Positions 55,835 through 64,000 of a stretch of 64,000 nucleotides of DNA are shown here, piece by piece; within the stretch, counting starts at the first letter, position 1; the number at the start of each line of letters is the position of its first letter. The notes beneath the pieces were generated by a model that saw only the letters and a list, made by a program, of their open reading frames with translations, had not been told where the DNA came from and ran no database searches. Position numbers and translations under genes: made by a program. Location: the IMG/VR virus record IMGVR_UViG_3300045125_000085, positions 1 to 64,000 of that record. One strand, written 5' to 3'. The DNA comes from a virus.

Positions 55835-56308
55835 TTAAGCTTTTGCCAGTTCTTCCATCTGGCTAGAAATCAGATCACGTACTGACTTCAGTTGACCTGC
55901 GTTCTTACCGGCTCTAGTTTCAAACGTGGTGCTGATCACACCGTGCTTGGTGACTTCAGCACCGTCACCAGCCAGTCTATTCGGGTAAGTGCGGCTACGA
56001 TCCCAAGTATGAGAGATCGTGTCCTTATGGCCGCCACGCAGGCTCAGGCTCGCATTAGCGAACCCAGCTATCCGACTGTGCTGCCTGATTAGCCATCTGA
56101 CCAAAGAGCATGTGCTGACGCTGCTACGAAGTCAGCATCGTAGTTCTTGATCACTTCTACCGTTTCAGGCTTTACACCTTCCGGTAAGTTAGCGTCGTAC
56201 AGACTAGTCTCACTCTTTTCCTTAGCTACTCCAGTCTTGGTATCCAAATCCAAGCCTTCCATAATCTTGGTGCTCAAAGAAAGTACGCTGTCAGTAATCT
56301 TGCTCATG
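55835..56308 (-). CDS. Early hypothetical protein (about 157 aa); frameshifted
   Basis: MSKITDSV...LPEG... joined to ...TKHG. GAGGAG RBS; promoter motif at 56429-56445. Confidence 0.6.
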
Positions 56309-56428
56309 GTTTTATCTCCTCTTACGGGATTAGCGGTGGTGTAGTTAAGATCCATACAGTGTCCACCGATCACACTGCTAGATTCAAAGCATACGGTGCA
56401 AACCTTATTTTTACACCGAGCAGGTAAG

Positions 56429-56445
56429 CTCATTAGTACTATATG
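56429..56445 (-). promoter_or_regulatory. Early promoter motif
   Basis: CATATAGTACTAATGAG. Confidence 0.65.
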
Positions 56446-56507
56446 AGCCTGAAAACATTTGCAAACGGCATAGACGCTAGACGGATAGTCCGTCTAGCGT
56501 CTTATGC

Positions 56508-57299
56508 TCACCAGCTTTTATACTTCGGTGCTTTCTTGCTATCCATAGCTTGGACTATTTGCCGTAAGTCCGCATACACATCCTGGTGCTCCATAGCCCA
56601 CTGACCCGTAGGACGTGAGATCAGTTGTTCTAACTGATGCCTAGTAATGACCTGATCGTAGAGCGGATCTAGTATCGGTACTTCAGTCGGTTGTTTAGCT
56701 TCTAATGCAGGAGCATCCCACTGATTAGCGATACTGATACCGGGCTCATTGACCCAATCAAACGTCTGGATAAAGACTAGCGTACGATGATTGACTCTAC
56801 CGACTCTAGTATCTCTAGTCAAAGCTCTGATAGAGAAGCAGACGTTCTCATTCGGATTACTTAAAGCAGCTTCTAAGGCAGGGCCTTTAGCTCCAGATGG
56901 CTTTAATTTAGCCATGATAGGTACGATGCCAGGATTAGTACTCGTACCTACACCAGGCTTATAGTCAGGATCGAGCCAGATCTCTTTAAAATGTACACAG
57001 ACATTAGGCTCGTCTATGCTACAGACTCTATCCATAAAGGCAGTAGCTGACATACCTGGAGTAGGTTTAGGATGCCCTACCTCACCTTTCAGACAGCCAT
57101 TCTGGATCCTACGCATAAAGCTACTAGACGATTCAAACAACTGTTTAGCGCCATCTAAGACGTAGAACTCCCCAGCTGAGTTAAATGCATTTAACCCACC
57201 GACTATCATCGTCCTATAGCCATCGGCATCAGGGACGATCACACCCTGCTTGCCCTTACTGCTTAACTTAGTAGCAGTGAATTTAATTAAGCTCGCCAT
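56508..57299 (-). CDS. Prohead (head maturation) protease, phiKZ gp175-like
   Basis: GE-GHP (His), FSIR (Ser), TFDWVNEPGI; PALE autocleavage-type site. Confidence 0.88.
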   Translation of the reverse strand: MASLIKFTATKLSSKGKQGVIVPDADGYRTMIVGGLNAFNSAGEFYVLDGAKQLFESSSSFMRRIQNGCLKGEVGHPKPTPGMSATAFMDRVCSIDEPNVCVHFKEIWLDPDYKPGVGTSTNPGIVPIMAKLKPSGAKGPALEAALSNPNENVCFSIRALTRDTRVGRVNHRTLVFIQTFDWVNEPGISIANQWDAPALEAKQPTEVPILDPLYDQVITRHQLEQLISRPTGQWAMEHQDVYADLRQIVQAMDSKKAPKYKSW

Positions 57300-57329
57300 G
57301 ATTCGACTCCACTAGGCTCTGATGAGCTG

Positions 57330-58045
57330 TTAAGCTCGTATGAGCTGTTCTAAATGCTGGACTTCATCTGTAGGAGTGACCAGCGCCGAGACCACCCCGT
57401 GTTGAAAATAGTTTCCTGCGAGTTTATTCAGCGTATTAGTCGCTGCATAAAACACACTTTTAAACGGTATATAGGCCGGTGGCTTGACAGGCGCTTTAGG
57501 ATCGTCTGGTAAGCTATTACGATAATACTGGATCCTGTCAGCACTATTACGTGCGATCATAGAGGCTAAGAGTTCGATCGTCTCTAAAGAACTACTGACA
57601 TCACTGCCAGCAAATGTCTTAGCCGTATCGAACAAATAGCCTACATCCGGATAGTCCATAAACCAAGGTATCTTGCCTTGAAACATCAGCTCATCAATTA
57701 CATCGAAGATATGCGTATTGCTCTTAATCACATCAGTAGATTGGATCACTACGCTATTAGCTGCAAAATGAAACTCAATATAAGGCACTTCGCCTATCTT
57801 TATTTTCAGCAGCTTAAACGGATTGATCTTCAGCATAGAGTGACAGTTCGATACAGCATACGTATCGTCTTCGAGTAAGATCGCATAGATCGCGTAGATA
57901 TACGTATCGATGCCTACCTCGGCTAATCCTCTTCCACATAGCGCTCAGGGATTTGGATCCGGCACGGTACCGTCGTGGTGACTGCACCGGACGGCATCGT
58001 CTTAAGACAGGCTTTGACCGCTTCGGGATCACGACGACGGGCCAT
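57330..58045 (-). CDS. Conserved virion protein (phiKZ gp176-like); frameshifted
   Basis: IQIPERY, GKIPWFM-Y, NKL-G-YF--G--SAL. Confidence 0.7.
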
Positions 58046-58048
58046 GGC

Positions 58049-59538
58049 TTACCCTTAGTCAAAGTCAGCTGATCGGCTACGTAGTCCGTGACGTAGTTGA
58101 TCGTGGCGAGTAGAGCAGCTTCACGTACATCGATCTCTGGATTGACAGCAGCAGCTTGCTGGATATCCATCAGGATCGCTTCAGCTTGAGTATAGTAGAA
58201 ACGACTACGACAGATTAGCTTAAGCGCAGCTGTATCCAGACATTGCATGCTATCGGCTTTCAACGCTTTCAGTTCGTTTTCAAACTTACTGCGAATGATG
58301 TCGAAGTAATGCGGAGTCTTGTCGATGAAGCTCTTTTCACCTTCCATGATGCCACCTAAACCAGCTTCAAACTGCACTCTCAGTATGTCTTTAAACATAT
58401 CGAAGCTACGATTGTTTTCAGCAGCATTATGGAACAAGACGTAAGTATGCCATCTTTGCTTGAGTTCATTGACTTCTTCATCTATAGCTATTTTGTTAAA
58501 CAGCCGCTTACCTGAGAGCAATAAACCAAACAAGATTTCAGGACTACCACCAGCTTCTAACCAATTGCGATACGGCGTGCCGTAGACTCTGATCAGCTTA
58601 CGTGACGACAGAGGTGTCGACTACTATAGTCTGGTTTTGGTCATAAAGACCTATACGCCGGATAGACTCATCGAGCAGACCACCACCGAAGTCACGCCAT
58701 TCGGCGCAGCGTGATTGGTAACCCGCTAAGTTTAGGCCACTGCTAGTCGCATCGACTTCGTCATACAGGCGACGTGACCACAGATAAATCGCCATACCCA
58801 TATCAGCTCTATCGAACGGATTCATGCCAAGGACTTCATCCGCAGTAAAGAAGCCACATGGGTAGGTGCGACTATATCTCTACTGCGAAAGAAACTAGCC
58901 CATACTTTCTGAAACCACTCATTGCCTTTACGGCTATGCCATCCAGTAATCAATCCATCCAGATCAGCTTCACCTAACTGTAATAAAGCTAATAGCTCGT
59001 CATCTGACTTTTCACCTAAAGGCAAATTATCAGAAGGTTTAATAGCCGCTTTACCTTTATAAGGTTTCAAGCTTTCAGTAAAGCTCATCTCCTGGAGCAT
59101 CTCCGGGATATCGACTACTTCTACTGTAAACTGACTAGCAGCACTCGGCGGTACGGCAGCCTGCAGTCTTTCTCTTACGCCTTGAGCATATTCGACGACT
59201 ATAGGTTTGACGACATTCTTAGCGAAACCGATATGCTTCTGTACGGCTTTAATGATAGTATCCAGCACATTGTCCTGGAACTGATCATGCAAGGTAGCGC
59301 TATCTAAGCTACCGCCACTCATAGCTTCTATATCTTCAGCAAAGCTCGCATACTGCTGATTTTCTTCTTGCAGATCTATAGGTGTAGCAAAGTCTAAAGC
59401 ATTCGCCTGTAAGCTACCGTATGCCAAGCGATCTAGTTCACTTAAGACCGTACCAGGTAAAGCACTGACGATCAGCCCTTTGTCCGCATACGCTTCTGCG
59501 ATACCGACGCCAGCTAATAAGTTGTTTGAATGTATCAT
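58049..59538 (-). CDS. Conserved virion protein (phiKZ gp177-like); frameshifted
   Basis: HI-FAKN-VKP, W---GG-PE--FG, C---F--T-A--IL, EAA--A. Confidence 0.65.
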
Positions 59539-59553
59539 GCGCTATACCTTAAA

Positions 59554-59793
59554 TTAACGATAGTGGACGGTTTGCTGCTGCTGGGCATATTTGGCTTCTA
59601 ATGCCTGACGGATCCTAGCCATAGCTAAGGTCTGTAAGGTATCGGTCGTCAGCCGTGAGCCGTTGATGCTATTAGCGATATCATTACCAGCGATCGCTTT
59701 GATGACGTGGACGACGATCTCACCGGCATTGCCTAATGTGACCATGGATTTACGAATGCGCCGGATACGTACCGGTGTGACGGATATACTCAT
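59554..59793 (-). CDS. Small conserved hypothetical protein
   Basis: Intact ORF with RBS between vRNAP beta and the gp177-like gene. Confidence 0.55.
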   Translation of the reverse strand: MSISVTPVRIRRIRKSMVTLGNAGEIVVHVIKAIAGNDIANSINGSRLTTDTLQTLAMARIRQALEAKYAQQQQTVHYR

Positions 59794-59816
59794 AAAGACC
59801 TCTATGTAAAAAGTGC

Positions 59817-62800
59817 CTACTGGCCCCTGTATAAAGCGACGGCTTTTTGGCTGATGACTTTTAATAAGGTCGCTGTACTTCCTATTATTAAAGGAGAGGT
59901 AGCGACACGTGCTGTGATCGAGCGATAGCTGAAGATGGCATCGATGGTAGTACCGGACTCTGTCGTGACTGGATAAGCCATGACTTCACCGAAAGTGGTT
60001 TTCATCTGATTGGCAAAGACGCCCTTGTCGCCTACGCCTGCACCATTCACTACGGTGATGTAGATTTGGATCTCAGCTTTATTAAGAGCCAAGGGCGTAC
60101 CTTCGACTCTATACTCGCTATTGACCCGTCCAGTGACTACTGGTTGGTTTAAAGCTTTACAGCGTTCTGCTAAGCGTTTATCACTCGCATCAGCTATAGA
60201 CTTTAAGCTAGCGGACATATCCGCTTTATCCCCGTGGTAATAGACTTCGATACGATCTATACTGCCTTGGACTTTAGCTCTAGGTGCATGATTAGACAGC
60301 TTCTGTAGCGTCTGTAGAGTCTCTTCATCAAACAGACCGGCTTCATTCGTGACGGCATCTTCGATGATGAGCAGTGTATCCATAGGCCCGACTTAGCGCT
60401 ATCTAGCTTGACCATATTCCTGAATCGCCTGGTCAAACTCGACTATGTAGCTTTTCACTTTAGTCGTCTTAGATTGCAGCTTGTCAGATAAGGCTTTACT
60501 GATACTGATGAGTCTTCAAAGGTCTGACTGACTTCCATCAAAGCAGTCGTCACGGTGAGTCCTGACTTCCAAGTAATCGTGCTAGGATCCAAGTAATCAG
60601 GTTCAAAGAAGCCTTCATTATACGCTAAGACTTCGACTCTTCTTAAACGTATCACCGGGCTTCAGTCTGACTGACCATGTCGTGCGGATACGTAGTGCCT
60701 TCTGAACTGACCGTACTGGCGACCTAACTGCAACATGGACTTTCTGTCCCGACTTCAGCTCTGAGTACTAAAGCTTTCTCATCCTTACTGATGACCTTAC
60801 CATCATCAGTCGCTACATAACCAAACATCCCACCCATGCGTTTCGCTAATACGGGCTCATAGCCAGTGCGCACATAAGGCTGATGATAGCCATTACACGA
60901 GACAGTATGACCATGCTGGATACCTACCATCATCAGACGCGTAGAGCTATCTCTGATCTGACCCAGGTGCTAACAATATTCTGTGAACTAAATAGGCTCG
61001 GTCACTCCATCGTTCTTAGGTTGATACGTCGTATCGACCATACCGCGTAGATTAGTCATCCTAGGATTAGCTGATAAGTAAGTATTTAGACCTACATCAC
61101 CACTATCGCTAGTCGCTTCAGAGGTAGTGCCGACTTCAGAGGCATGATACGCACGAGCTTTCTTACCTACGGCATCTTTACTCTGTCCACCAAAGCCACT
61201 CACGGTGATAGCTTCCTTCTCTTTTAGGATACATCAGCGGATTGATATCAGCTGGTGGTTTTACTGCGCGTATCGTTTTGTGAGCTGACATTCTTCCATA
61301 CGGCATATGGATTCATTTCTAGCTGTGGTCTACTACGTAAGTTACGGTTCTTATACTCTCACGTACTGACATCGCTAACTCTTTATAAATAGCACCTGCC
61401 ACACGCTCATAACTACGGATCCGCTTTTTTAAGCTCATGTCCTGTAAGTCTGGATGATAATCGACTAGCAATAACTCAGCCGCTCGATATAACAAGCCTT
61501 GGAATGTCACTGGCTCTTTCATCTCTTTCAAGACTTCTAGCGTAATCGGATCTACGAATAACTGATCTAGCAAAGGTAACTCACGGACATAACGCGCACC
61601 TACACCAGCATACTCGAATACGTTTAAGTAGACATTACGCTGGTTAAAGCTTCTCTAAAGTAAGTCTTGATGCTCTTTTCATAGACCTGAAAGCCACTAC
61701 AGTACTAAAGTCGCTAAAGCATGCTTACGTGAGAAGATCAGGCTTTGATCCTTAAATACTAAAGCCCATTCATCGGGTGCTAATAGTACTCGCTTATTCG
61801 CTTCTATGACTTTAGGCTTGACGTTCAGTAAAGCCATCAAGCGATCTAGTCCTAAGAAGTAACCTAACACTAAGCCTAAAGGTATACTTCTTAGTAAACA
61901 GCTTAAACTCAATGTAGTCTAAAGGTGCTTTCAATGGGTTAAGCTGAAACACTGTAAATAAGTCACCGAGTAACTGAGCACCTCACCATGGTGGTGATAG
62001 ACCATGAGCTCATTATCCTTAGTCATGACGATAGGCTCTTCTTTACTCGTCATACCGACTAAGCGTCTACCATCTTGCTCTACGCTAGCGATTAAAGCAG
62101 GGTCGAATAAAGTTTCACGCTGCTTATGGTCGAAGGTAAAGTAATCGCCGTTGACTCTGACGCTCTTGATATATCTAGCCATCCCGCTATAGGCTCTCGG
62201 TGCTTCAAACAAGTTATCAAACACATCAGCCGGACCGATATCTTTAATAATGCCGTCAGGATTCGTCATACCCTTGAGTGATGAGCTGACGAGCTATCCA
62301 GTCGTAAAGATCATACGCCTTCTTCTCACTGCGCTGTATGAACAACTTACCATAATAGCTCGACAACACTATAGTCCTATCGTCGATTTTTCTAATTGGT
62401 AAATCGACTTTCTGCCTACGAGCTCTATACTTGATACCACCTGACGTAAACTCGCCTTCTTCGTTAATGACCGGTATCCTGAAGTTGAGTACGCTGACAT
62501 TACCGTCTATAGGCTTGATCTTGACACGATGCTGCTCATAAGCACCCATGGCATCACTGACTACTTCTATATCGTGGTTTTGTATCACGACCCCAGCTTT
62601 CTGAATATGGCTGACTGCATTGACGATATCCTTTTGCAGAAACTTACCGCCTATGTACTTTTTATCTAAGACCTGTACAGTAGATTGCAGCATGGTCTTA
62701 TCGACTACACCTGCGTATCAGGCAGCGTGATCTCTTCTGGCTTGATCTTTAAAGCTTCAGTATCAATGACGGTAAAGTCATTGATTTTACTACCGCTCCC

Positions 62801-64000
62801 ATAGGGCTCTTCAGATTCACCATACGCCATCGCAGTACGCATCAAAGAGCGATAATCTGCAGCACTCATTAACCCATACTCAGCCTGCTCTTCTATCTGT
62901 GCTTTTAATTGCTCCAGTACCGGAAACTCTTGATGGATTTCCTCTAATAGCTTCTTGTGGTTCTCTGCTAAGGTAGTCTCATCATCGCCTTTAGCTAATT
63001 CCTTATGTCCGGTACCGCTAGATAGCTTTTGTTCGATCGCTCGTTTCTCAATCGTCTCTAGTACGGATAAGTCTTTATCTACGGCTTCTTCATCATTGAC
63101 GACAGTCTCCTCATGGATCACGCCAGTAGCTGCTTCCAGCCTGGATACTCGCGTCGACGTTACCCGTACGGATCTCATCGGTATCAGCTACGACTGCTTG
63201 ACCCTGTACCTGCATCAGCATGCGCACCATGTACTTCTGCAACTGCATAGGTTTAAAATGCAGATCAGCCGTATTCCAGTTACTATGGTCTTCAGCTTTA
63301 GCATTCTCAAAGAAGCTATGCCAATAGCCCATGTTGATCACAAACCACTTACCACTATGTTGAAAGATCAAATTGACTTTATTCAGATCTTTAGCTTTCC
63401 AGTCTTGCCACCAGTTAGTACCATTTAGCTGTCCTACCCATTTCCATAACTCTAAGATAAACCACTTCTCAGGCTGATCTAGTATCTTTAAAGTACTACT
63501 CGTGACTGCTTTAGCGTGAGTATTTAAAGTAGACACACTCGGCAATACATCCGGTACGGTTAAAATACGATACTGCTGACGTTCACTACTTTCAGCAACT
63601 ATCTTAGCTTCATCCCACAGCGTCTGCTCTAAGTCAGCCCACCTTTGATATTCGGCTAAAGGGACATCGCTATACTGGTACTGATCGATAGGAAAGTTAT
63701 AGTTCAGCAACAATAAGTGCTGAGGGTTTTCATCCTTTAGTCCATGGCTCTCTCAGGTATTTGAACTCTTTATGCGCATGCTGGTAGTCTTGTACTTGTG
63801 CGATATTGAAACGCTCCATCCGACGACTCATGACGCCTTTCGTCATATGCAACTGACTAGTATGCAACTGCTCCGCATGGTCGATGACGATGCTGCCTTT
63901 AGGTCTACTTTTTAAATAAGGTAAAGAAGCATCAGGTCCTTTTACACTAGTATTATAGTCTAAGAAGTGGAATAAGCTATTCATCGGAAAGTTAAGCTTA
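59817..64000 (-). CDS. Virion RNA polymerase beta subunit (phiKZ gp178-like); 5'-truncated and frameshifted
   Basis: R-QK-DLPIRKI, RI--YER--G, SEAT-DSGDVG, TFEDS, GDK-VF-NQMK. Confidence 0.9.

Noticed and set aside
11110-63428. Many 60-160 aa antisense ORFs in the track (for example 11678-12010, 16463-16807, 47828-48136, 62955-63428)
   Set aside because: They lie opposite well-supported genes and lack an RBS or motifs; they are shadow ORFs.
1-64000. Stop-codon reassignment (TAG to Gln) as the cause of fragmented ORFs
   Set aside because: Long intact genes (DNA polymerase, PhuZ, 38886-40112) have no in-frame TAG despite a TAG-rich genome, and several genes end in TAG. The breaks I checked are frame changes rather than in-frame stops.
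42950-64000. Terminase-sheath-tube block adjacent to the protease-vRNAP block as a novel arrangement
   Set aside because: It differs from phiKZ numbering, but I recall similar adjacency in other phiKZ-related phages such as SPN3US-like ones.

Overview
This window is part of a nucleus-forming, phiKZ-like jumbo phage genome (Chimalliviridae). On the minus strand it carries the conserved early/replication block: SF2 helicase, non-virion RNAP subunits (beta'-C, beta, sigma-like, beta'-N with NADFDGD), PicA importer, ChmC, SbcD, chimallin (ChmA), family-B DNA polymerase and PhuZ tubulin. It also carries a morphogenesis block (large terminase, baseplate/tail proteins, sheath, tube, prohead protease) and the virion RNAP beta subunit, which runs off the right edge. 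Many essential genes are broken by single-base indels that look like long-read consensus errors, so several coordinates are approximate. phiKZ gene-number equivalences come from recalled motifs and synteny, not from database searches. The most notable observations are: (1) an AcrIII-1/DUF1874 ring nuclease, which would counter type III CRISPR, a system the phage nucleus cannot block; (2) a family of standardised early expression cassettes (shared promoter, 5' hairpin and terminator) that carry this Acr and other small orphan genes; (3) a near-identical 22-23 nt RBS-sequestering element upstream of both chmA and picA; (4) a multi-hairpin ncRNA candidate next to chmA; (5) a candidate replication origin at about 37.7-38.3 kb.
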